Assembly: GCA_032691205.1 (NCBI GenBank) | Contig: GCA_032691205.1_4541.1 | Source: a phage | Length of the DNA stretch: 64,000 nt | Reading direction: 5' to 3' (one strand) | Notes under the pieces: generated by a model | Databases searched by the model: none | Told to the model about the DNA's origin: nothing | What the model saw: the letters and a program-made list of their open reading frames with translations, nothing else | Made by a program: the position numbers and the translations under genes | In this document: in pieces, positions 44,242 to 52,180 of the stretch | Position numbering within the stretch: position 1 is the stretch's first letter | Layout of the letters: the number at the start of each line of letters is the position of its first letter

Positions 44242-44433
44242 TTACAACCAACCCTTTGCCCGGTAGCCTTTAGAAAATCCATCTTCCCATTCTTCGAATT
44301 CCTTTTTGTGTGTCTTTGGACAATATGGATTTACTTTATTAAACATACCAAACTTGAACCCTGCGGTATACCCTTTCTTAAAAGCTATTGATTCTAAAGA
44401 GATCATATTCTTTCTCCTCTTAGAACTCGACAA
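44242..44433 (-). CDS. hypothetical protein (63 aa)
   Basis: ORF track. Confidence 0.5.
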   Translation of the reverse strand: MSSSKRRKNMISLESIAFKKGYTAGFKFGMFNKVNPYCPKTHKKEFEEWEDGFSKGYRAKGWL

Positions 44434-44671
44434 TGATTTTGTCTAAGTGTTCTGCTTCAACTTGGGATAATGTTAACACCTGCACCAAACCTCTGTCAAT
44501 GCCTAATTTGATCACTTGCAAATAATCACCGAAAAGATCAGAGATTTCAATCTGGTGTTCAGTAACCACCACGACCTCGTTACCCTTGGTATACTCTCTC
44601 CAGATTCGTCCACACTTGTAAATGAAATCTTTCTGGTCTTCACTGATCATCTTAGGCTTAACGCTTAACAT
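44420..44671 (-). CDS. hypothetical protein (83 aa)
   Basis: ORF track. Confidence 0.5.
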   Translation of the reverse strand: MLSVKPKMISEDQKDFIYKCGRIWREYTKGNEVVVVTEHQIEISDLFGDYLQVIKLGIDRGLVQVLTLSQVEAEHLDKIIVEF

Positions 44672-45027
44672 TACATACTCCCGTATTCTGGTTCAATATT
44701 ATGTTTACGACAAATGGTATCCCAACGTTCATTACCAAAACTTCTTCCATGTAGAGCGTTAAATGCGAAATGCTCTGCCAACCACAATACTACATCATCA
44801 GGATCTGTGTCAAGAGGAATTCTAAACTCTCGATCATAACGCATACGCAGAATAAAATCCTTATCATCTTCAAGGAGATACATGTGACTTTTAGCCCGTG
44901 ATGCCAAATCAAAGAAAGGAGGCTCATCTTTCCAAACGTGACGCTCAACTTCAACACCATGATCAACTACCAGAGTAGCAATCACCTCTCTCATTTCTTT
45001 ACTAAACATATTACCTCCATTAACCAA
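44671..45027 (-). CDS. hypothetical protein (118 aa)
   Basis: ORF track. Confidence 0.55.
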   Translation of the reverse strand: MVNGGNMFSKEMREVIATLVVDHGVEVERHVWKDEPPFFDLASRAKSHMYLLEDDKDFILRMRYDREFRIPLDTDPDDVVLWLAEHFAFNALHGRSFGNERWDTICRKHNIEPEYGSM

Positions 45028-45208
45028 TTAGTTCAACCGATTTGCAAATGTAAATCCAAACTGGAGTGAGCATAAGAGCTATACCGAATACACAATTCCA
45101 CTTAATTCCCATTTCCTCTATTAGAGACATGATTAAGCCAACAGCACTAATAATCAGATAGATCCCTAAGAAAGCCATTGTGAAGAATTCAGACATATTT
45201 AGCTCCAA
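45020..45208 (-). CDS. small membrane protein (62 aa)
   Basis: ORF track; two hydrophobic segments. Confidence 0.5.
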   Translation of the reverse strand: MELNMSEFFTMAFLGIYLIISAVGLIMSLIEEMGIKWNCVFGIALMLTPVWIYICKSVELIG

Positions 45209-45555
45209 AGATTATCAAAATAACTAGCGAATAAAAGACGGCCCTCTAATCGTGCCTTCCTTTGATCTTCAGCATACACGATTTCTGGATTACCACTATC
45301 AATAAAAGCATTCTCCATCTTTTCTAAAATATTTAACCACTCTCTTCTACCTGTCTCCTCTTCTTCATCTGTATACGGCGCACTTCTATTTGGATACAAA
45401 ACACGCATCAGTTTAGTGGGGATCATGACAAACGTGCTATTGTTTGCCTTCTCACGGAAGGCTTTAATTCCTGCATAGATTACCTTCCCCAAAGCTGCAT
45501 CCAAATCCATCAGGTCACTTTCTTCTATTTGAATTTCATCGTGTACAATTTTCAT
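45199..45555 (-). CDS. hypothetical protein (118 aa)
   Basis: ORF track. Confidence 0.55.
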   Translation of the reverse strand: MKIVHDEIQIEESDLMDLDAALGKVIYAGIKAFREKANNSTFVMIPTKLMRVLYPNRSAPYTDEEEETGRREWLNILEKMENAFIDSGNPEIVYAEDQRKARLEGRLLFASYFDNLWS

Positions 45556-45839
45556 CGTGCCTTCTCCCGATCTGCATCTAATTTCAACAAGAAAGCTGTA
45601 TACTCTTCCGAACCTTGGTGTAAAAACATGCGATAAGAGCTTACCAGTTTCTTCGTTGTCGTATAACGTTCCATTTCCCCAACAACACCTCCACCTAGTG
45701 TGTAGAGCACAATACCTTCAACTCCAACATAGGTTACTACTTCAACCAAATCTGTGTTATCCCAATAGTAGTTAGGTGACACAATAAGATCGCCCACTGC
45801 CAGTTTAATGTTTGCTACTTCATCTTGTGAATAATACAT
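45552..45839 (-). CDS. hypothetical protein (95 aa)
   Basis: Track ORF trimmed to ATG 45839 after GAGGAG. Confidence 0.5.
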   Translation of the reverse strand: MYYSQDEVANIKLAVGDLIVSPNYYWDNTDLVEVVTYVGVEGIVLYTLGGGVVGEMERYTTTKKLVSSYRMFLHQGSEEYTAFLLKLDADREKAR

Positions 45840-45876
45840 TTGGTTCTCCTCTCTTAATTGATGGAAATAGTATACC

Positions 45877-46368
45877 TTACCACATAATCTCGCGCAACTC
45901 TTTTTCTTCTTTAAAATTACGCAAGTTTTCCAGTGCACGGTTTAGGTCTTCTTCCGTCTCTGCTTTCTGGACTTTTTCCATCATTTTTGCAACAATATTT
46001 TTCTTAACTTGCAAATCTGGAACAGGCATACGTTTTTCCATTTCATAAACTTCTCGTTTATGGCGTTCCTCCATCTCTGCTTTTTCTTTTACCCAATCCG
46101 CCTCGTCCATTGCACCTTTGCAGACACAAGTGTAACCTTTAATAGTATAATCACCATGTTCAATACCAGGTTGAAGAGCTAAGGCTTCATTACCACAATA
46201 CGCGCACAACGGACGACCTGGCATTTTCAAAGTTTTGGTAGCCTTAGCGCCACATTGACTATCCCAGCTTGTTTTATAACTGGAACCGTTGTCTCCGTGA
46301 GAACGACCAACCAAGAAGTTACGGAAGAAACCCATAGCACGTTCGTCAATGTAATCAGGGTAAGCCAT
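45877..46368 (-). CDS. Cys-rich hypothetical protein (163 aa)
   Basis: ORF track; CAYCG and CVCKG motifs. Confidence 0.55.
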   Translation of the reverse strand: MAYPDYIDERAMGFFRNFLVGRSHGDNGSSYKTSWDSQCGAKATKTLKMPGRPLCAYCGNEALALQPGIEHGDYTIKGYTCVCKGAMDEADWVKEKAEMEERHKREVYEMEKRMPVPDLQVKKNIVAKMMEKVQKAETEEDLNRALENLRNFKEEKELREIMW

Positions 46369-46380
46369 TATATTCTCCTT

Positions 46381-46674
46381 TCACATTAAGACACGTTTTG
46401 TGTCGATGGGTGCATTATCAAACATGTTAAGAACATTGTCAAGCAGTTTTACTAATTCGTTTGTAATTTGTTCCTTTGAACGGGAGGAAGTGAGCACTTT
46501 GCTTTCACCAACAATATGCATAACTTTTATAGGAGCGTCTAAAATGATGTTGTGCTGACGATCCTCTTCAAAAGAAGCCAACCATTTCTCATTGTTACCG
46601 TGCAAGGCTACAATCACACCAAAACCGTTAATTGTTTCAGAAATATTCTTAGTTGCTAAAGTAATGTTCATCAT
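46381..46674 (-). CDS. hypothetical protein (97 aa)
   Basis: ORF track. Confidence 0.55.
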   Translation of the reverse strand: MMNITLATKNISETINGFGVIVALHGNNEKWLASFEEDRQHNIILDAPIKVMHIVGESKVLTSSRSKEQITNELVKLLDNVLNMFDNAPIDTKRVLM

Positions 46675-46729
46675 CTACCTCTCTTGTTAATGTTCATACA
46701 TGATACCTGAAAATAATTTCAGATCAAGT

Positions 46730-46757
46730 ATTGACATACTTTTTAATCTTGTTAAGA
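46730..46757 (+). promoter_or_regulatory. sigma70-like promoter TTGACA N16 TAAGAT in divergent region
   Basis: Upstream of the plus-strand block starting at 46789. Confidence 0.55.
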
Positions 46758-46788
46758 TCAACTCCTACCAAACAAAAGGAGAAAACAA

Positions 46789-47232
46789 ATGCAAAACATC
46801 CAAAACATCAAACTGACTTGGCCCGAAGCTAAAGAAGCAATGAAGGAAGGTAGACGTGTTGAGCACCGCCATTTTTGTGGTGGCGAATGGTTTGAGATGC
46901 GAGATGGTGTTATTCTCGACGAACAAGGTTATAACATGGAAACTTGGTTCAGAGGGGAAGCTTGGCAGGAAGAGGGTTGGTCTGTAATTGAAAAAGAGGA
47001 CAGTAAGGAAGAAGGCGTGTTGTCTAATGTAGAACGCGAGGTGAGGGAAACAAAGACACCTGTTTTGGATTTTGTATACCTGGAAGAACTTGTGGCAGCA
47101 TCTTTTGTAGCAGGAAACCTTTGGAATACACCTGTTAGCCGACTGGAGAACCAAAATAACCCGTCTGCTCGTAATCACAAGCTTTATAAGGGTAAAGGTC
47201 ACAACAAATTAAAGAAAGGAAAGAAGAAATGA
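46789..47232 (+). CDS. hypothetical protein (147 aa)
   Basis: ORF track; RBS AAAAGGAGAA. Confidence 0.6.
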   Translation: MQNIQNIKLTWPEAKEAMKEGRRVEHRHFCGGEWFEMRDGVILDEQGYNMETWFRGEAWQEEGWSVIEKEDSKEEGVLSNVEREVRETKTPVLDFVYLEELVAASFVAGNLWNTPVSRLENQNNPSARNHKLYKGKGHNKLKKGKKK

Positions 47233-47375
47233 TCTACAAAAACAAGTTCACTGGTTGTCTCCGTAAATTTATCGATAAGAAAGGGTTTGTTTCTCTTGAC
47301 AACGGGGTTACATGGACAGAGAATGGCACTTCAGAACAGTTAATCAAAGCTTTGCCTTACTACGAGGAGGTTTAA
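47229..47375 (+). CDS. small protein (48 aa), not in ORF track
   Basis: Own translation MIYKNKFTGCLRKFIDKKGFVSLDNGVTW...; ATGA and TAAATG overlaps. Confidence 0.45.
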   Translation: MIYKNKFTGCLRKFIDKKGFVSLDNGVTWTENGTSEQLIKALPYYEEV

Positions 47376-47699
47376 ATGTCAAACAGTCTGTTTAGCGTGT
47401 CAATTGCACCACGTGTCAATATCCGTTGTCAGTTTGTTACTTTACCTGGTGTAACGCATATCACATTAGAATACGATCCTCGCTCACGAGACAACCCAAT
47501 CACAGGGAAAATTGATTGTGCTTATGGTGATTTTGTTATGGATCACCAAACCATCTTATGCTGTGTGCAACGCTTACAGGCAGGATCTTTATACATCTTT
47601 AAGAAAACTGTGTTCCAAGAGATTGCTCAAGCAGTTGAAAGTGGTATGGAGACTCTTAACGCTATGATTGAAGCAGCCAACAAGAAGGAGGTTTTATGA
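47376..47699 (+). CDS. hypothetical protein (107 aa)
   Basis: ORF track; RBS GAGGAGG. Confidence 0.55.
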   Translation: MSNSLFSVSIAPRVNIRCQFVTLPGVTHITLEYDPRSRDNPITGKIDCAYGDFVMDHQTILCCVQRLQAGSLYIFKKTVFQEIAQAVESGMETLNAMIEAANKKEVL

Positions 47700-47956
47700 C
47701 ACTTTATCACGTAACTACAGAAGGCGACTGTGAAGGCCGCACTACAAAAGATTTGGGGTATGTTGAAGCAGATTCACCTGAACATGCTATCAAATACCTG
47801 CATTCCATCGGGAAGTATGCGGGTTATGAGTATACTATCTACGAGGTTGAAATTATTAACCTTATACAAGTGGCAACTCCTATGGCAGAGTTGAAACATC
47901 TTAAGGCAAAAGTAAGACCTGGTATAGTGTCCGATTACAAAGGGGAAGTAAAGTGA
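47696..47956 (+). CDS. hypothetical protein (86 aa)
   Basis: ORF track; RBS AAGGAGG. Confidence 0.55.
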   Translation: MTLYHVTTEGDCEGRTTKDLGYVEADSPEHAIKYLHSIGKYAGYEYTIYEVEIINLIQVATPMAELKHLKAKVRPGIVSDYKGEVK

Positions 47957-48165
47957 GTGGATGGATTAAAGTATCTGGTACTGAGGATGTTCCTATCGGA
48001 GAGTGGCTTGTAATCATGGCAAACGGCAAGAAGGGATTCTGTGAAGTTAACAAAACACGCAATGGCACGATAGCTGTTATCAATGGTCATTTTTATTTTG
48101 ACTTGGCACCTGTGATCGCATACCATGAACTACCAACATATGAAGAGGAGATTAACAATGGCTAA
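47953..48165 (+). CDS. hypothetical protein (70 aa)
   Basis: ORF track; GTG start. Confidence 0.5.
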   Translation: MSGWIKVSGTEDVPIGEWLVIMANGKKGFCEVNKTRNGTIAVINGHFYFDLAPVIAYHELPTYEEEINNG

Positions 48166-48475
48166 CAAAGAACCACATGTATATACTGCACTGGTAAAAC
48201 ATTTGAACAAAGAACGTAACAGGATCATTGCAGATTATCGTAAATTTAAACGTAGTAGTCTAAATCGTAAATACATGCCACATGCAGCTTTTGACGCTAC
48301 ACGTGCAGTGTTTCGTGCAAAGATTGCGGAAATGGATAATCTGCTTAAGCTTGCACGATTATCTATTCAGGCATCCAAAGTAACAGGGGTCACTCACTTC
48401 TTTGACTTCGATACTAAAGCACTATATGCACCAGAAGCAGGTGAACAATTGATTTATCTACTTACCAAAAAATAA
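48158..48475 (+). CDS. hypothetical protein (105 aa)
   Basis: Track ORF trimmed to ATG 48158 after GAGGAG. Confidence 0.55.
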   Translation: MANKEPHVYTALVKHLNKERNRIIADYRKFKRSSLNRKYMPHAAFDATRAVFRAKIAEMDNLLKLARLSIQASKVTGVTHFFDFDTKALYAPEAGEQLIYLLTKK

Positions 48476-48478
48476 GTG

Positions 48479-48536
48479 TTGACTTTTTTCAAAAAATATG
48501 CTACCCTAACCCCGAAGGGTCGAGCGATAGCGAGTA
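48479..48536 (+). promoter_or_regulatory. conserved promoter-leader element, copy B
   Basis: TTGACT N17 (TG)TACCCT then 14 nt then GAGCGATAGCGAGTA; same spacing as copy A. Confidence 0.5.
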
Positions 48537-48651
48537 TAGATTATGTAATAGATTAATCTCTATCGTTAGATGTTCGAAGAACAGAGATTTAAGTACTTGT
48601 TCTTATCGGTAGATGATCGTAAGATCAAGAACAATAATAGGAGAGTGTGTT

Positions 48652-48849
48652 ATGTTAGTCAGTGAAATACTACCTGACTCTAATGGTAATCAGATCACTA
48701 TTGATTGGTTTCCTGGTACTGGTACGCTAGATCTAACTGCTGAATGGTCTGGTGATATTTATGGAGAAGGTGTATTATCATTGTCTACAGAACAAATGAT
48801 CATCCTTCGTGACTTCTTAATTAGTTTAGATCTAGGAGAAAACAAATGA
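48652..48849 (+). CDS. hypothetical protein (65 aa)
   Basis: Track ORF trimmed to ATG 48652 after AGGAGAG. Confidence 0.5.
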   Translation: MLVSEILPDSNGNQITIDWFPGTGTLDLTAEWSGDIYGEGVLSLSTEQMIILRDFLISLDLGENK

Positions 48850-49115
48850 GTAAAACTTCTGTTGAGTTTATCGAGAAATCCCCTGTTCCAAAGTTATACC
48901 GTTTATCTGAAATTGAACCTATGTCTGTTTTCTACTATTACATTGCAGAAGTAGATGAACAAGAACGGGAATACTATTTGGCTACAGATACAGGTGCAGT
49001 GTGCTTAACAGGTTCTCGTGCAGGAGAATACATTGTGAATAGTCGTTTTAATGAAGCAGACTCCTGTTGGGCTAAGGTTGAAACTAAGATTGTCATCAAC
49101 ATCACCAATCATTAA
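48846..49115 (+). CDS. hypothetical protein (89 aa)
   Basis: ORF track. Confidence 0.55.
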   Translation: MSKTSVEFIEKSPVPKLYRLSEIEPMSVFYYYIAEVDEQEREYYLATDTGAVCLTGSRAGEYIVNSRFNEADSCWAKVETKIVINITNH

Positions 49116-49197
49116 GACTAATCTGACAAAGAGTTACTTGACATGTGCAAAGCTCTTTGTGTAGAATAAAGATTCACTTACTAAGGAGATTTTATAA

Positions 49198-49395
49198 ATG
49201 GCTACAAAGAAACAGAAAATGAAATGTCTTACTCTCACTGAACTGGGTCAAGCTTCCAACTGCGTTACTGTTGGTAAGATTTATTCTACAGTTCTTGATA
49301 AAGACAACAACAGTTTTACTTTCAAAGATGATAACGGAAACCCTCAAGTTGGAATCTACCCTTCCTGTGCTTTTGGTACTTGGGAAAAAGTTTAA
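49198..49395 (+). CDS. hypothetical protein (65 aa)
   Basis: ORF track; RBS AAGGAG. Confidence 0.55.
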   Translation: MATKKQKMKCLTLTELGQASNCVTVGKIYSTVLDKDNNSFTFKDDNGNPQVGIYPSCAFGTWEKV

Positions 49396-49414
49396 TTAAC
49401 TGATCGGAGGGAGT

Positions 49415-49588
49415 ATGCAAGACAAGAAAAACAATGTTCGTTATGCTTTGTACGGACGTATGGGCGTAGATTGTGAATGGAGACTTCTGTTACAGCGTAT
49501 TCCCTCTTATCAAGAAGCTATGACGAAGCGAGAACATTATAAGAAGACGTGGAGACACGTTGTTTGCAAACATTACGAGGAGGCATAA
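49415..49588 (+). CDS. small protein (57 aa), not in ORF track
   Basis: Own translation MQDKKNNVRYALYGRMGVDCEWRLLLQ...; RBS GGAGGGAG. Confidence 0.45.
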   Translation: MQDKKNNVRYALYGRMGVDCEWRLLLQRIPSYQEAMTKREHYKKTWRHVVCKHYEEA

Positions 49589-49896
49589 TGAGCACATTAT
49601 CAACAGCAGTCAAGTTCCACCAAGATTATGAAGAAGCTGTCAAAGATGCTGACAATCCTTCCTCATTAGTGTTTGAGGATCGTACAGGTTTGAAGTGGGT
49701 TAAATCTTTCGATGAGATCTATTTCTGGTATCCGCAGGGAGCCACAAGCGATAGTTCTCTGTATAGCTACGAACTGGAATACCGTGGCCCTGTAGACGAA
49801 GATGAAAACTTTATCATGTATTTCGTAAATAATGGTTGCGGTGAAACGTTTAATGTTGTATTCTCTAAAGCAGATGAGTCTGACGAGGAGGTGTAA
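49588..49896 (+). CDS. paralog family D member
   Basis: Track ORF trimmed to ATG 49588; FIMYFVNNGCGETFNVVF similar to next gene. Confidence 0.55.
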   Translation: MSTLSTAVKFHQDYEEAVKDADNPSSLVFEDRTGLKWVKSFDEIYFWYPQGATSDSSLYSYELEYRGPVDEDENFIMYFVNNGCGETFNVVFSKADESDEEV

Positions 49897-50201
49897 TGTT
49901 GTATAACCCGACTTTAAGCTTGGCAGTTGCAGCCCACATGCTGTACAATGATTCTGTGAAGGATGAGTTGTCGCCTGTGAGTTTAGCTTTCTATCTGATA
50001 GACAGGGATTGGATGTTCTCTGGCGAGGATGAAATCTACTACGTAAATTCACGCGGTTTTATTGAAAGTTTTGAACTTGAACATCGCGCACCAACAGCAG
50101 AAGATGATCGTTTTATTATGTTCTGTGTAAATGATGGTTACGGAGAGGTATATGACGTAGTATTCTTCAAAAACCGACAGAAGACTGAAGAGGAATTCTA
50201 A
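49896..50201 (+). CDS. paralog family D member
   Basis: ORF track; FIMFCVNDGYGEVYDVVF. Confidence 0.55.
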   Translation: MLYNPTLSLAVAAHMLYNDSVKDELSPVSLAFYLIDRDWMFSGEDEIYYVNSRGFIESFELEHRAPTAEDDRFIMFCVNDGYGEVYDVVFFKNRQKTEEEF

Positions 50202-50564
50202 ATGAAAAGGCTACTTTGTGTCCTGATGTTGATGATTGCCACCAATGCTACAGCCGCCCGTGATGGTTTCAAGATTGGGGTGGAAGGTAGCCAATTCTTC
50301 ACTTGGTATGGTGGGGAGGCTGTCTACCAAGTGGATGATAAAAAGTATAACTGCAAGTTTGATCGTATAGATCGTGGAGTGGATAATTGGGGTGACGCTT
50401 ACAAAGCCACAGGTTTCTATTGCACAAAAGATTTATATATTACAGTCAAAGAACCACAAGACAACAGAAAGGTGTTGTTCATTGTGGTAAACCCTGCTAA
50501 ATTTGAAGAACGTAAAGCTTACTATGCAGATATGTTCATTGAATACAAAAAGGAGGAAAAATGA
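50202..50564 (+). CDS. secreted protein with signal peptide (120 aa)
   Basis: N-terminus MKRLLCVLMLMIATNATA. Confidence 0.6.
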   Translation: MKRLLCVLMLMIATNATAARDGFKIGVEGSQFFTWYGGEAVYQVDDKKYNCKFDRIDRGVDNWGDAYKATGFYCTKDLYITVKEPQDNRKVLFIVVNPAKFEERKAYYADMFIEYKKEEK

Positions 50565-50923
50565 GAGAAACAATCGTAGATGTTGTTATTAATGGTCAAC
50601 GTTATGTGCCTGTTGTAGAGAAAGCTGAACCAGATGCTTTAGATGTTGTTTTTGAAGACGATGATCTTGGCACTGTTACTGTGCGTGAATATTTCAGACG
50701 ACTGCTCTCTACGCTTTGGGAAGAAGAAGATAGTTTCAGTGGAAAACGCCCTTTCGGTAACTCTTGCTGGCAGTTCGATTTGATTATTGGTTTGATCGAT
50801 GCTGGGTACCTGGAAGGTAAAGTTTATCGTGACGAAGATGGTGGTATAGAAGATACCGACTATGATCGTGAAGAAGCAGATAAACTCATCCAGGGTCTGA
50901 TCGCACGTATGTGTTTAGGTTAA
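50561..50923 (+). CDS. acidic hypothetical protein (120 aa)
   Basis: ORF track. Confidence 0.55.
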   Translation: MRETIVDVVINGQRYVPVVEKAEPDALDVVFEDDDLGTVTVREYFRRLLSTLWEEEDSFSGKRPFGNSCWQFDLIIGLIDAGYLEGKVYRDEDGGIEDTDYDREEADKLIQGLIARMCLG

Positions 50924-50924
50924 T

Positions 50925-51293
50925 ATGAAGGTATTAAACTTTTACCATTTAGGCAAAACAATCCCAGAAGGTGCTGTTTATATTGGTAGAGCAATGCCAC
51001 ACATGGGGCTAAAAGCCTCCAAGTTTGCAAACCCTTTTAAGTTAAAAGATGATGAACCACGAGGATCAACTATACAAAGGTATAAAGAGTGGTTGTGGGA
51101 GCAAATTCGTTGTGGTAAGATCACTCTTGAAGATTTATTAGGGTTAGAAGGGAAAGATTTAGTTTGTTTCTGCTCACCTCAACCTTGTCATGGAGATGTA
51201 TTGGTAGCAGCCGTAGCTTGGGCTAGAAAAGAGTGGGACAAAAGGCATCCTACTTATGTAGACAATTATTGGATTTGGGAGGAGAATTTTTGA
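50925..51293 (+). CDS. DUF4326-like protein (putative; CFCSPQPCHGDVL motif)
   Basis: ORF track; motifs YIGR, SKFANPF, CFCSPQPCHGDVL. Confidence 0.5.
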   Translation: MKVLNFYHLGKTIPEGAVYIGRAMPHMGLKASKFANPFKLKDDEPRGSTIQRYKEWLWEQIRCGKITLEDLLGLEGKDLVCFCSPQPCHGDVLVAAVAWARKEWDKRHPTYVDNYWIWEENF

Positions 51294-51643
51294 AAAATAT
51301 TATTGATGTGGATGTGTTTGGTATCACAACACTACAAGACAAACAAGCAACATTGTATTATCATAAAAAAGAGGACCAAGCTTACATCTACATCGGGGCA
51401 GAAAAGTTTGGTGTCGGAGATATGGTTTTAAATGTTGAAGGAGATCTTCCTTTAGAACAAAAGTTGAAAGTTTTTCGTTTCACAGGAGATGTTAAACTAG
51501 ATGGCGTTATCGCAATCCTACAAGAAGACCATTATTATATGGTAACTTTCGTTACTCCTGCTTTCTCTGGCCTTAATGGAGAAGAAGCTCTTAATGATGT
51601 TATTATCTTAAAGATTGGTAATGCTCTAAACGATGTAAACTAA
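51290..51643 (+). CDS. hypothetical protein (117 aa)
   Basis: Track ORF trimmed to TTG 51290 after GGAGGAG. Confidence 0.45.
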   Translation: MKNIIDVDVFGITTLQDKQATLYYHKKEDQAYIYIGAEKFGVGDMVLNVEGDLPLEQKLKVFRFTGDVKLDGVIAILQEDHYYMVTFVTPAFSGLNGEEALNDVIILKIGNALNDVN

Positions 51644-51650
51644 AGGGGGA

Positions 51651-52166
51651 GTGAGTATGTTCTTTGATGCAAATTCTCTTTTTGTATCTACAGCAGGGCA
51701 GTCTGCTGTTAATGCAGAATTTGAGGAAAGAGAAGAATGGATTGATAATCACAACTACGATCCAAGTAATTTAAACTGGTGCAGTTTGGATGTTGGTAAT
51801 CTTAGTAGAGATAATGCACTTAGAGCATACTACTCTGTATATACTGTTGACAATCTTTATCAATACTACGTGTTTCGTAGTCTTATTGTTAATCTTAATT
51901 TAGCTGGACGTTTAAAGAACAATAAGGCATTCACATTGGGACATTATATTCCCTTCCGTAAAGGTGGTGTGCATTTTCCATGCAATTGGATTATTCAAAC
52001 ACGAAAAGAAAACAGTTTAGCAGGAGACACCATGCCAAGATTTAAAGATAAGTGGACATGGGAAAAACAAATGGGGTACATTAATGCACATTTGCCACCT
52101 AATCTAAAAGAACCTTACGCCAGCAGAGCTAAGGAAATGATGAGGATTGTCAAGAGTTTTTATTAA
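51651..52166 (+). CDS. HNH-type nuclease-like protein (putative)
   Basis: HYIPFRKGGVHFPCNWIIQTRKEN resembles the His-Me finger pattern. Confidence 0.5.
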   Translation: MSMFFDANSLFVSTAGQSAVNAEFEEREEWIDNHNYDPSNLNWCSLDVGNLSRDNALRAYYSVYTVDNLYQYYVFRSLIVNLNLAGRLKNNKAFTLGHYIPFRKGGVHFPCNWIIQTRKENSLAGDTMPRFKDKWTWEKQMGYINAHLPPNLKEPYASRAKEMMRIVKSFY

Positions 52167-52180
52167 GAGAGGAGAAATAC

